A stretch of 64,000 nucleotides of DNA from Squalus acanthias (taxonomy: Eukaryota): the NCBI GenBank assembly GCA_030390025.1, contig CM059438.1:58282001-58346000 (forward strand), written 5' to 3'. Numbering within the stretch: the first letter of the stretch is position 1; each line of letters starts with the position of its first letter. This document shows positions 1 to 13,345 of the stretch, one piece after another. The notes under the pieces are model-generated. The model was not told where the DNA came from. It saw nothing but the letters and a program-made list of their open reading frames with translations, and did not search any database. Both the position numbers and the translations under genes were made by a program.

Positions 1-290
1 CCTCCCCGCCCCCATCCCCGAGCCCCCACCCTGACCCCACACCTTCCCACCCGCACACCCGACCCCACACCTCCCCGCCCCCACACCTCCCAGCCCCCAC
101 CCCCGACCCCACACATCCCCGACCCCACACCTCCCCACTCCCGAGGCCCCACCCCGCACTTCCCCACACCTCCCCGCGCCACCACCTCACCGCACCCACC
201 CCCGACACCCACCTCCCCACACCTAATCCCCCACCTCCCCACGCCCGGCACCCCATCACCCCACCACACCTCTGCCACCAGGCCCCTCAC
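1..290. repeat. C-rich low-complexity degenerate minisatellite (CCCCACACCTCCCC / GACCCCAC motifs), G-rich on the minus strand; probably extends left of the window
   Basis: Recurrent CCCCACACCTCCCC-like and GACCCCAC motifs with dense C3-C5 runs. The composition changes to mixed sequence near 290. Confidence 0.8.
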
Positions 291-2892
291 CGGCAGACAT
301 TCCTCTCAGGGGAGGAGGGAAACTTTAGGCCCAAATGTCTCCTAAATTCTCACAGTCTCTTACTAGATCAGAAACAGGTCTCTAAAACCAAGTCGAGGAA
401 GGTTTAGTCACTGCAACATTTCAAAACAAAATATAAAACAAGGCCACAGGATAAGCTGGAGAGAATCATCAATTCGAGGTCAAACAACAATATAATACAA
501 GAGACAATGCTGTTGGGGGAAAGGAAGGTTGAGTGTAGACAATCTCTGGGGAATGGAGCTGGTTACAGACAGACTGGAATGGAGCTGCGTACAGACAGAC
601 TCTGTGAATGGAGCTGGGTACAGACAGACTGGAGAATGGAGCTGGGTAAGACAGACACTGGGAATGGAGCTGGGGAATGGAGCTGGGTACAGACAGACTC
701 TGGGAATGGAACTGGGTACAGACAGACTCTGGGGAATGGAGCTGGGTACAGACAGACTCTGGGAATGGAGCTGGGTACAGACAGACTCGGGAATGGAGCT
801 GGGTACAGACAGACTGGGGAATGGAGCTGGGTACAGACAGACTCTGGGGAATGGAGCTGTGTACAGACAGACTCTGGGAATGGAGCTGGGTTCAGACAGA
901 CTCCGGGAAAAGAGCTGGGTACAAACAGACACTGGGGAATGGAGTTGGGTACAGACTCAGTCTGGGATTGGAGTTGGGTACAGACAAACTCTGAGGAATG
1001 GAGCTGTGTACAGACAGACTCTGGGGAATGGAGTTGGGTACAGACTGAGTCTGGGATTGGAGCTGGGTACAGACAGACTGGGGAATGGAGCTGGGTACAG
1101 CCAGACTCTGGGAATGGAGCTGGGTACAGACAGACTGGGGAATGAAGCTGGGTACAGACAGAGACTGGGGAATGGAGCTGGGTAGGACAGCCTCTGGGAA
1201 AGGAGCTGGGTACAGACAGACTCTGGGGAATGGAGCTGGTTATGGACAGACTGGAGAATTGAGATGGGTACAGACAGACTCTGGGAATGGAGCTGGGTAC
1301 ATACAGACTCTGGGAATGGACCTGGGTACAGACAGACTGGGGAATGGATCTGGGCACAGACAGACTCTGGGAATGGAGCTGGGTACAGACAGACTGGAGA
1401 ATGGAGCTTGGTACAGACAGACTCAGGCGAATGGATCTGGGACAGACAGACATTGGGAAATGGATCTGGGTGCAGACAGACTATGGGAATGGAGCTCGGT
1501 AGAGGAGGACTCTGGGGAATCGAGCTGGGTACAGATAGACTTTGAGGAATGGAGCTTGGTACAGACAGACTGTGGAATGGAGCTGGGTACAGACGGGCTC
1601 TGGGAATGGAGCTGGGTTCATACAGACTCTGGGGATTGGAGCTGAGTACAGACAGACTCTGGGAATGAAGCTGGGCACAGACAGACTCTGGGAATGGAGG
1701 TGGGTGCAGGTAGACTTTGGGGAATTGAGATTGGTACAGACAGACTGGGGCATGGAGCTGGGTACAGGCTGACACAGAGAATGGAGCCGAGTACAGACAA
1801 ATTCTGGGGATATGGAGTTGGTACAGACAGACTGGGGAATGGAGTAGGGTACAGAGAGTGTCTGGGGAATGGAGTTGGGTACAGACAGACTCTAGGGAAT
1901 GGAGCTGGGTACAGACAGACTCTGGGGAATGGAGCTGGGTACAGACAGACTCTTGGGAATGGAGCTCGCTACAGGCAGACTCTGGGGAAAGGAGCTGGAA
2001 CAGATAGACTTTGGGAATAGAGCTTGGTACAGACAGACTGGGGAATAGAACTGGGTACAGACAGACTCTGGGAATGGATTGTGTTCAGGGAGACTCTGGG
2101 GAATGGAGTTGGGTACAGACTGAGTCTGGGATTGGAGCTGGGTACAGAAAGACTGGGGAATGGAGCTGGATACAGACAGACTCTGGGAATGGAGCTGGGT
2201 ACAGACAGACTCTGGGAATGGAGCTGGGTACAGACAGACTCTGGGAATTGAGCTGGGTACAGACAGACTGGGGAATAGAACTGGGTAGAGACAGACTCTG
2301 GGGAATGGAGCTGGTTATGACGGTCTCTGGAGAATGGAGCTGGGTACAGACAGACTGAGGAATGGAGCTGTGTACAGACAGACTATGGGAATACAGCTGT
2401 TTACAGACAGACTCTGGGAATAGAGCTGGGTACAGACAGACTCTGGGAATGGAGCTGGTACAGACAGACTCTGGGAATGGAGCTGGGTACAGACAGACTG
2501 GAGAATGGTGCTTGGTACAGACAGACTCAGGGGAATGGATCTGGGACAGACAGACATTGGGAAATGGAGCTGGGTACAGACAGACTCTGGGAATGGAGCT
2601 GGGTACAGACAGACTGGAGAATGGAGCTTGGTACAGACAGACTCAGGGGAATGGAGCTCGGTACAGACAGACTCTGGGAATGGAGCTGGGTGCAGACAGA
2701 CTATGGGAATGGAGCTGGGTACAGACAGACTCTGGGAATGGAGTTGGGTCCAGACAGACTATGGGAATGGAGCTGGGTACAGACAGACTCTGGGAATGGA
2801 GGTGGGTGCAGGTAGACTTTGGGGAATTGTGATTGGTACAGACAGACTGGGGCATGGAGCTGGGTACAGGCAGACCCTGGGAATGGAGCAGA

Positions 2893-4696
2893 GTACAGAC
2901 AAACTCTGGGGAATGGAGTTGGTACAGGCAGACTGGGGAATGGAGTAGGGTGCAGAGAGAGTCTGGAGAATGGAGAAGGGTACAGACAGACTCTAGGGAA
3001 TTGAGCTGGGTACAGACAGACTCTTGGGAATGGAGCTCGGTACAGGCAGTCTCTGGGGAATCGAGCTGGGTAAAGACAGACTGGGGCATGGAGCTGGGTA
3101 CATACAGACTCTGGGGAATAGAGCTGGGTACAGATCGACTGGGCAAAGGCACTGGCTACAGGCAGATTTTGGGACTGGAGCTGGGTACAGACAGACTCTG
3201 GGGAATGGTGCTTGGTACAGGCAGACTCTGGGGAATGGAGCTGGGTACACATATACTTTGGGAATAGAGCTTGGTACAGACAGACTGTGGAATGGAGCTG
3301 GGTACATACAGACTCTGGGAATGGAGCTGGGTACAGATCGACTGGGGAATGGAGCTGGGTACAGAGAGACAGGTGAATGGAGCTGGGTACAGACAGACTC
3401 TGGGTAATGGAGCTGGTTATGGACAGACTGGAGAATTGAGATGGGTACAGACAGACTATGGGGAATAGAGCTGGGTACAGACAGACTCTGGGGATAGGAG
3501 CTGAGTACAGACAGACTCTGGGAATGGAGTTGGTACAGAAAGACTGGGGAATGGAGAAGGTTACGGAGAGAGTCTGGGAAATGGAGTTAGGTACAGACTG
3601 AGTCTGGTATAGGAGCTGGGTACAGAAAGACTGGGGAATAGAGCTCAGTACAGACAGACTGGGGAATAGAGCTGGGTACAGACAGACTGTGGAATGGAGC
3701 TGGGTACAGACAGACTCTGGGAATGGAGCTGGGTACAGACAGACTATGGGGAATAGAACTGGTTATGGACAGACTGGAGAATTGAGATGGGTACAGACAA
3801 ACTCTGGGGAATGGAGTTGGTACAGGCAGACTGGGGAATGGAGTAGGGTGCAGAGAGAGTCTGGAGAATGGAGAAGGGTACAGACAGACTCTAGGGAATT
3901 GAGCTGGGTACAGACAGACTCTTGGGAATGGAGCTCGGTACAGGCAGTCTCTGGGGAATCGAGCTGGGTAAAGACAGACTGGGGCATGGAGCTGGGTACA
4001 TACAGACTCTGGGGAATAGAGCTGGGTACAGATCGACTGGGCAAAGGCACTGGCTACAGGCAGATTTTGGGACTGGAGCTGGGTACAGACAGACTCTGGG
4101 GAATGGTGCTTGGTACAGGCAGACTCTGGGGAATGGAGCTGGGTACACATATACTTTGGGAATAGAGCTTGGTACAGACAGACTGTGGAATGGAGCTGGG
4201 TACATACAGACTCTGGGAATGGAGCTGGGTACAGATCGACTGGGGAATGGAGCTGGGTACAGAGAGACAGGTGAATGGAGCTGGGTACAGACAGACTCTG
4301 GGTAATGGAGCTGGTTATGGACAGACTGGAGAATTGAGATGGGTACAGACAGACTATGGGGAATAGAGCTGGGTACAGACAGACTCTGGGGATAGGAGCT
4401 GAGTACAGACAGACTCTGGGAATGGAGTTGGTACAGAAAGACTGGGGAATGGAGAAGGTTACGGAGAGAGTCTGGGAAATGGAGTTAGGTACAGACTGAG
4501 TCTGGTATAGGAGCTGGGTACAGAAAGACTGGGGAATAGAGCTCAGTACAGACAGACTGGGGAATAGAGCTGGGTACAGACAGACTGTGGAATGGAGCTG
4601 GGTACAGACAGACTCTGGGAATGGAGCTGGGTACAGACAGACTATGGGGAATAGAACTGGTTATGGACAGACTGGAGAATTGAGATGGGTACAGAC
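2893..4696 (+). repeat. 898-bp tandem higher-order duplication (2893-3790 and 3791-about 4696)
   Basis: GTACAGACAAACTC occurs at 2893 and 3791. Identical translated ORFs are offset by 898 (2993/3891, 3024/3922, 3271/4169). Confidence 0.9.
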
Positions 4697-5006
4697 AGAC
4701 TATGGGGAATAGAGCTGGGTACAGACAGACTCTGGGGATAGGAGCTGAGTACAGACAGACTCTGGGAATGGAGTTGGTACAGAAAGACTGGGGAATGGAG
4801 AAGGTTACGGAGAGAGTCTGGGAAATGGAGTTAGGTACAGACTGAGTCTGGTATAGGAGCTGGGTACAGAAAGACTGGGGAATAGAGCTCAGTACAGACA
4901 GACTGGGGAATAGAGCTGGGTACAGACAGACTGTGGAATGGAGCTGGGTACAGACAGACTCTGGGAATGGAGCTGGGTACAGACAGACTATGGGGAATAG
5001 AACTGG
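4311..5006 (+). repeat. 346-bp tandem duplication (4311-4656 and 4657-about 5006), with another copy near 3413-3758
   Basis: CTGGTTATGGACAGACTGGAGAATTGAGATGGG occurs at 4311 and 4657. The diagnostic GGAGAAGGTTACGGAGAG and GGTATAGGAG variants recur at the same offset. Confidence 0.88.
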
Positions 5007-6826
5007 GTACAGACAGACTCTGGAGAATGGAGCTGGGTACAGACAGACTCTGGGAATGGAGCTGGGTACAGATCGACTGGGGAATGGAGCTGGGTACATA
5101 CAGACAGTGTATGGAGCTAGGTACAGACAGACAGGTGAATGGAGCTGGGTACAGACAGACTCTGGGTAAAGGAGCTGGGTACAGGCAGACTGTGGGGAAT
5201 GGAGCTGGGTAAAGAAAGACTGGGGAATGGAGCTGGGTACAGACAGACTGGGGAATGAAGCTGTGTACAGGCAGACTCTGGGAATGGAGCTGGGTACAGA
5301 CAGATTCTGGGAATGGATCTGGGTACAGACAGATTGGGGAATGGAGCTGGGTACATACAGTTTTGGGAATCGAGCTGGGTACAGGCAGACTCTGGGGAAT
5401 GGAGCTCGCTACAGGCGGACTCTGGAGAATGGAGCTGGTTACAGATAGAATTTGGGGAATGGAGCTTGGTACAGACAGACTGGGGAATGGAGCTGCGTAC
5501 AGGCAGACAATGGGGATCATAGCTGGTTATAGACAGGCTCAGGGGAATGGAGTTGCGAACAGACAGACTCAGGGGAATGGAGCTGGGAACAGACAGACAG
5601 GGGAACGGAGCTGGGTACAGACAGACTGGGGAATGAAGCTGGGTACAGACAGACTCTGGGAATGGAGCTGGGTACAGACAGACTCTGAGAAATGGATCTG
5701 GTACCGACAGAGTTTGGGGAATGGAGCAGGGTACAGACAGACTCTGGGGAAAGGAGCTGGGTACAGACAGTTTTGGGGAATGGAGCTGGGTACAGAGAGA
5801 CTCTGGGGAATGGAGCTGGGAACAGAGAGACTCTGGGGAATGGAGGTCGGTGCAGGCAGACTCTGGGGAATGGAGCTGGGTACAGACAGACTCTGGGGAA
5901 TGGAGCAGTCTACAGACAGACTGCGGAATGGAGCTGTTTACAGACAGACTCTGGGAATGGAGCTGGGTACAGGTCGACTGGGGAATGGAGCTGGGTACAT
6001 ACAGACAGATGTATGGAGCTGGGTGCAGACAGACAGGTGATTGGAGCTGGGTAAAGACAGACTCTGGGTAAAGGAGCTGGGAACAGGCAGACAGGGAAAT
6101 GGAGCTGGGTACAGACAGACTCTTGGGAATGTATCTGGTACATACAGACACTGGGAATGAAGCTGGGCACAGACAGACTCTGGGAATGGAGGTGGGTGCA
6201 GGTAGACTTTGGGGAATTGAGATTGGTACAGACAGACTGGGGCATGGAGCTGGGTACAGGCAGACCCTGGGAATGGAGCAGAGTACAGACAAACTCTGTG
6301 GAATGGAGTTGGTACAGACAGACTGGGGAATGGAGTAGGGTACAGAGAGTGTCTGGGGAATGGAGTTGGGTAAAGACAGACTCTAGGGAATGGAGCTGGG
6401 TACAGAGAGACTCTGGGGAATGGAGCTGGTAACTGGCAGACTCTGAGGAATAGAGCTGGGTGCAGAAAGACTCTTGGGAATGGAGCTCGCTACAGGCAGA
6501 CTCTGGGGAATGGAGCTGGGTACAGACAGACTGGGGCATGGAGCTGGGTACAGACAGACTCTGGGAATGGAGCTGGGTACAGACAGACTCTTGGGAATGG
6601 TGCTTGGTACAGGCAGACTGGAGAATGGAGTAGGATACAGTGAGAGTCTGGGGAATGGAGCTGGGTACAGACAGACTGGGCAATGGAACTGGCTACAGAC
6701 AGACTCTGGGAATGGAGCTGGGTACAGACAGACTCTTGGGAATGGTGCTTGGTACAGGCAGACTCTGGGGAATGGAGCTGGGTACAGATAGACTTTGGGA
6801 ATAGTGCTTGGTACAGACAGACTGTG

Positions 6827-9800
6827 GAATGGAGCTGGGTACAGACAGACTGTGGAATGGAGCTTGGTACAGACAGACTCTGGGAATGGAGCTGTGTTCA
6901 GGGAGACTCTGGGGAATGGAGCTGTCTACAGACAGACTGGGAATGGAGCTGTGTACCCACAGACTCTGGGAATGGAGCTGGGTTCAGATCGACTGGGGAA
7001 TGGAGCTGGGTACATACAGACAAATGTATGGAGCTGGGTACAGACAGACAGGTGAAAGGAGCTGGGTACAGACAAACTCTCGGTAAAGGAGCTGGGTACA
7101 GGCAGACAGGGGAATGGAGCTGGGTACAGACAGACAGGTGAATTGAGCTGGGTACAGACAGACTGTGGGGAATGGAGCTGGGTACAGGCAGACTCTGGGA
7201 ATGGAGCTGGGTACAGACAGGGTCTGGGAATGGATCTGGGTACAGACAGACTTGTATTATGGAGCTGGGTACAGAAAGACTCTAAGAATGGAGCCGCGTA
7301 TTGACAGACTCTGGGAATGGCACTGGGTACAGAAAGACTGGAGAATGGAACTGGGTACAGACAGACTCTGGGGAAAGGAGCTGGGCACAGACAGTTTTGG
7401 GGAATGGAGCAGCTGGGAACAGAGAGACTCTGGGGAATGGAGCTGGGAACAGAGAGACTCTGGGGAATGGAGGTCGGTGCAGGCAGACTCTGGGGAATGG
7501 AGCTGGGAACAGACAGACAGGGGAACGGAGCTGGGTACAGACAGACTGGGGAATGAAGCTGGGTACAGACAGACTTTGGGAATGGAGCTGGGTACAGACA
7601 GACTCTGGGAATGGAGCTGGGTACAGACAGACTCTGGGGAATGGATCTGGTACCGACAGACTTTGGGGAATGGAGCAGGGTACAGACAGACTCTGGGGAA
7701 AGGAGCTGGGTACAGACAGTTTTGGGGAATGGAGCTGGGTACAGAGAGACTCTGGGGAATGGAGCTGGGAACAGAGAGACTCTGGGGAATGGAGGTCGGT
7801 GCAGGCAGACTCTGGGGAATGGAGCTGGGTACAGACAGACTCTGGGGAATGGAGCAGTCTACAGACAGACTGCGGAATGGAGCTGTTTACAGACAGACTC
7901 TGGGAATGGAGCTGGGTACAGGTCGACTGGGGAATGGAGCTGGGTACATACAGACAGATGTATGGAGCTGGGTGCAGACAGACAGGTGATTGGAGCTGGG
8001 TAAAGACAGACTCTGGGTAAAGGAGCTGGGAACAGGCAGACAGGGAAATGGAGCTGGGTACAGACAGACTCTTGGGAATGTATCTGGTACATACAGACAC
8101 TGGGAATGAAGCTGGGCACAGACAGACTCTGGGAATGGAGGTGGGTGCAGGTAGACTTTGGGAATTGAGATTGGTACAGACAGACTGGGGCATGGAGCTG
8201 GGTACAGGCAGACCCTGGGAATGGAGCAGAGTACAGACAAACTCTGTGGAATGGAGTTGGTACAGACAGACTGGGGAATGGAGTAGGGTACAGAGAGAGT
8301 CTGGGGAATGGAGTTGGATACAGACAGACTCGAGGGAATGGAGCTGGGTACAGACAGACTCTGGGGAATGGAGCTGGGTACAGACAGACTCTGGGGAATG
8401 GATCTGGTACCGACAGACTTTGGGGAATGGAGCAGGGTACAGACGGACTCTGGGGAATAGAGCTGGGTACAGACAGACTCTGGGGAATGGAGCTGGTAAC
8501 TGGCAGACTCTGAGGAATAGAGCTGGGTACAGACAGACTCTTGGGAATGGAGCTCGGTACAGGCAGACTGTGTCATGGAGCTGGGTACACACAGACTCTG
8601 GGGAATGGAGTTGGTACAGACAGACTGGGGAATGGAGTAGGATACAGTGAGAGTCTGGGGAATGGAGCTGGGTACAGACAGACTGGGCAATGGAACTGGC
8701 TACAGACAGACTCTGGGACTGGAGCTGGGTACAGACAGACTCTGGGGAATGGTGCTTGGTACAGGCAAACTCTGGGGAATGGAGCTGGGTACAGATAGAC
8801 TTTGGGAATAGAGCTTGGTACAGACAGACTGTAGGATGGAGCTGGGTACAGACAGAGTCTGGGAATGGAGCTGTGTTCAGCGAGACTCTGGTGAATGGAG
8901 CTGTGTTCAGCGAGACTCTGGTGAATGGAGCTGGGTACAGACAGACTATGGAGAATAGAGCTGGGTACAGACAGACTCTGGGAATTGAGCTGGGTACAGA
9001 GAGAGTCTGGGAATGGAGCTGGGTACAGACAGACTCTTGGGAATGTATCTGGTACATACAGACACTGGGAATGAAGCTGGGCACAGACAGACTCTGATAA
9101 TGGAGGTGGGTGCAGGTAGACTTTGGGGGATTGAGATTAGTACAGACAGACTGGGGCAAGGTGCTGGGTACAGGCAGACCCTGGGAATGGAGCAGAGTAC
9201 AGACAAACTCTGTGGAATGGAGTTGGTACAGGCAGACTGGAGAATGGAGTTGGTACAGACAGACTGGGGAATGGAGTAGGGTACAGACAGACTCTTGGGA
9301 ATGGAGCTCGCTACAGGCAGACTCTGGGGAATGGAGCTGGGTACACACAGACTCTGGGGAATGGAGTTGGTACAGACAGACTGGAGAATGGAGTAGGATA
9401 CAGTGAGAGTCTGGGGAATGGAGCTGGGTACAGACGGACTGGGCAATGGAACTGGCTACAGACAGACTCTGGGAATGGAGCTGAGTACAGACAGACTCTT
9501 GGGAATGGTGCTTGGTACAGGCAGACTCTGGGGAATGGAGCTGGGTACAGATAGACTTTGGGAATAGAGCTTGGTACAGACAGACTGTGGAATGGAGCTG
9601 GGTACAGACAGACTCTGGGAATGGAGCTGTGTTCAGGGAGACTCTGGGGAATGGAGCTGGGTACATACAGACTGGGGAATGAAGCTGTGTACAGGCAGAC
9701 TCGGAATGGATTTGTGTACAGACAGACTGGGGAATGGATCTGGGTAAAGACAGACTCTGGGTAAAGGAACTGGGAACAGGCAGACAGGGAAATGGAGCTG

Positions 9801-12800
9801 GGTACAGACAGACTCTTGGGAATGTATCTGGTACATACAGACAATGGGAATGAAGCTGGGCACAGACAGACTCTGGGAATGGAGGTGGGTGCAGGTAGAC
9901 TTTGGGGAATTGAGATTGGTACAGACAGACTGGGGCATGGAGCTGGGTACAGGCAGACCCTGGGAATGGAGCAGAGTACAGACAAACTCTGTGGAATGGA
10001 GTTGGTACAGACAGACTGGGGAATGGAGTAGGGTACAGAGAGTGTCTGGGGAATGGAGTTGGGTAAAGACAGACTCTAGGGAATGGAGCTGGGTACAGAC
10101 AGACTGTGGAATGGAGCTGGGTACAGACAGACTCTGGGAATGGAGCTGTGTTCAGGGAGACTCTGGGGAATGGAGCTGTCTACAGACAGACTGGGAATGG
10201 AGCTGTGTACCCACAGACTCTGGGAATGGAGCTGGATTCAGATCGACTGGGGAATGGAGCTGGGTACATACAGACAAATGTATGGAGCTGGGTACAGACA
10301 GACAGGTGAAAGGAGCTGGGTACAGACAAACTCTCGGTAAAGGAGCTGGGTACAGGCAGACAGGGGAATGGAGCTGGGTACAGACAGACAGGTGAATTGA
10401 GCTGGGTACAGACAGACTGTGGGGAATGGAGCTGGGTACAGGCAGACTCTGGGAATGGAGCTGGGTACAGACAGGGTCTGGGAATGGATCTGGGTACAGA
10501 CAGACTTGTATTATGGAGCTGGGTACAGAAAGACTCTAAGAATGGAGCCGCGTATTGACAGACTCTGGGAATGGCACTGGGTACAGAAAGACTGGAGAAT
10601 GGAACTGGGTACAGACAGACTCTGGGGAAAGGAGCTGGGCACAGACAGTTTTGGGGAATGGAGCAGCTGGGAACAGAGAGACTCTGGGAATGGAGCTGGG
10701 AACAGAGAGACCCTGGGGAATGGAGCTCGGTACAGACAGACTCTGGGGAATGGAGCTGGGTACAGACAGACAGGGGAACGGAGCTGGGTACAGACAGACT
10801 GGGGAATGAAGCTGGGTACAGACAGACTTTGGGAATGGAGCTGGGTACAGACAGACTCTGGGAATGGAGCTGGGTACAGACAGACTCTGGGGAATGGATC
10901 TGGTACCGACAGACTTTGGGGAATGGAGCAGGGTACAGACAGACTCTGGGGAAAGGAGCTGGGTACAGACAGTTTTGGGGAATGGAGCTGGGTACAGAGA
11001 GACTCTGGGGAATGGAGCTGGGAACAGAGAGACTCTGGGGAATGGAGGTCGGTGCAGGCAGACTCTGGGGAATGGAGCTGGGTACAGACAGACTCTGGGG
11101 AATGGAGCAGTCTACAGACAGACTGCGGAATGGAGCTGTTTACAGACAGACTCTGGGAATGGAGCTGGGTACAGGTCGACTGGGGAATGGAGCTGGGTAC
11201 ATACAGACAGATGTATGGAGCTGGGTGCAGACAGACAGGTGAATGGAGCTGGGTAAAGACAGACTCTGGGTAAAGGAGCTGGGAACAGGCAGACAGGGGA
11301 ATGGAGCTGGGTACAGACAGACTCTTGGGAATGTATCTGGTACATACAGACACTGGGAATGAAGCTGGGCACAGACAGACTCTGGGAATGGAGGTGGGTG
11401 CAGGTAGACTTTGGGAATTGAGATTGGTACAGACAGACTGGGGCATGGAGCTGGGTACAGGCAGACCCTGGGAATGGAGCAGAGTACAGACAAACTCTGT
11501 GGAATGGAGTTGGTACAGACAGACTGGGGAATGGAGTAGGGTACAGAGAGAGTCTGGGGAATGGAGTTGGATACAGACAGACTCGAGGGAATGGAGCTGG
11601 GTACAGACAGACTCTGGGGAATGGAGCTGGGTACAGACAGACTCTGGGGAATGGATCTGGTACCGACAGACTTTGGGGAATGGAGCAGGGTACAGACGGA
11701 CTCTGGGGAATAGAGCTGGGTACAGACAGACTCTGGGGAATGGAGCTGGTAACTGGCAGACTCTGAGGAATAGAGCTGGGTACAGACAGACTCTTGGGAA
11801 TGGAGCTCGGTACAGGCAGACTGTGTCATGGAGCTGGGTACACACAGACTCTGGGGAATGGAGTTGGTACAGACAGACTGGGGAATGGAGTAGGATACAG
11901 TGAGAGTCTGGGGAATGGAGCTGGGTACAGACAGACTGGGCAATGGAACTGGCTACAGACAGACTCTGGGACTGGAGCTGGGTACAGACAGACTCTGGGG
12001 AATGGTGCTTGGTACAGGCAAACTCTGGGGAATGGAGCTGGGTACAGATAGACTTTGGGAATAGAGCTTGGTACAGACAGACTGTAGGATGGAGCTGGGT
12101 ACAGACAGAGTCTGGGAATGGAGCTGTGTTCAGCGAGACTCTGGTGAATGGAGCTGTGTTCAGCGAGACTCTGGTGAATGGAGCTGGGTACAGACAGACT
12201 ATGGAGAATAGAGCTGGGTACAGACAGACTCTGGGAATTGAGCTGGGTACAGAGAGAGTCTGGGAATGGAGCTGGGTACAGACAGACTCTTGGGAATGTA
12301 TCTGGTACATACAGACACTGGGAATGAAGCTGGGCACAGACAGACTCTGATAATGGAGGTGGGTGCAGGTAGACTTTGGGGGATTGAGATTAGTACAGAC
12401 AGACTGGGGCAAGGTGCTGGGTACAGGCAGACCCTGGGAATGGAGCAGAGTACAGACAAACTCTGTGGAATGGAGTTGGTACAGGCAGACTGGAGAATGG
12501 AGTTGGTACAGACAGACTGGGGAATGGAGTAGGGTACAGACAGACTCTTGGGAATGGAGCTCGCTACAGGCAGACTCTGGGGAATGGAGCTGGGTACACA
12601 CAGACTCTGGGGAATGGAGTTGGTACAGACAGACTGGAGAATGGAGTAGGATACAGTGAGAGTCTGGGGAATGGAGCTGGGTACAGACGGACTGGGCAAT
12701 GGAACTGGCTACAGACAGACTCTGGGAATGGAGCTGAGTACAGACAGACTCTTGGGAATGGTGCTTGGTACAGGCAGACTCTGGGGAATGGAGCTGGGTA

Positions 12801-13345
12801 CAGATAGACTTTGGGAATAGAGCTTGGTACAGACAGACTGTGGAATGGAGCTGGGTACAGACAGACTCTGGGAATGGAGCTGTGTTCAGGGAGACTCTGG
12901 GGAATGGAGCTGGGTACATACAGACTGGGGAATGAAGCTGTGTACAGGCAGACTCTGGGAATGGATTTGTGTACAGACAGACTGGGGAATGGAGCTGGGT
13001 AAAGACAGACTCTGGGCAAAGGAACTGGGAACAGGCAGACAGGGAAATGGAGCTGGGTACAGACAGACTCTTGGGAATGTATCTGGTACATACAGACACT
13101 GGGAATGAAGCTGGGCACAGACAGACTCTGGGAATGGAGGTGGGTGCAGGTAGACTTTGGGGAATTGAGATTGGTACAGACAGACTGGGGCATGGAGCTG
13201 GGTACAAGCAGACCCTGGGAATGGAGCAGAGTACAGACAAACTCTGTGGAATGGAGTTGGTACAGACAGACTGTAGAATGGAGTAGGGTACAGAGAGTGT
13301 CTGGGGAATGGAGTTGGGTAAAGACAGACTCTAGGGAATGGAGTT
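6827..13345 (+). repeat. About 3,254-bp tandem higher-order duplication (about 6827-10080 and 10081-13345)
   Basis: Identical or near-identical ORF translations are offset by 3253-3254 (7165/10419, 8048/11301, 8690/11943, 9013/12266). Rare variants such as GAGCCGCGTATTGAC and CTCGAGGG recur at that offset. Confidence 0.9.

Noticed and set aside
1..290. Telomeric repeat
   Set aside because: The region is C-rich but has no (CCCTAA)n array, only one isolated CCTAA near 222.
432..475. TATA box plus initiator as a called promoter
   Set aside because: TATAAAA lies in an A-rich patch and the Inr-like TCAATTC is about 39 nt away rather than about 30. It is kept only as part of a hypothesis, not as a feature.
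1696..1710. Variant GGAGGTGGGTGCAGG resembling the Jeffreys minisatellite core
   Set aside because: It is an imperfect match in a minority variant a few substitutions from the consensus, which is expected by chance in G-rich repeats.
10511..13240. 909-aa minus-strand ORF, the 794-aa ORF at 7282-9666, and the many other satellite ORFs as protein-coding genes
   Set aside because: They are translations of a stop-free monomer. They overlap in all six frames, switch peptide register with 28/29-bp units, and show no recognisable domain.
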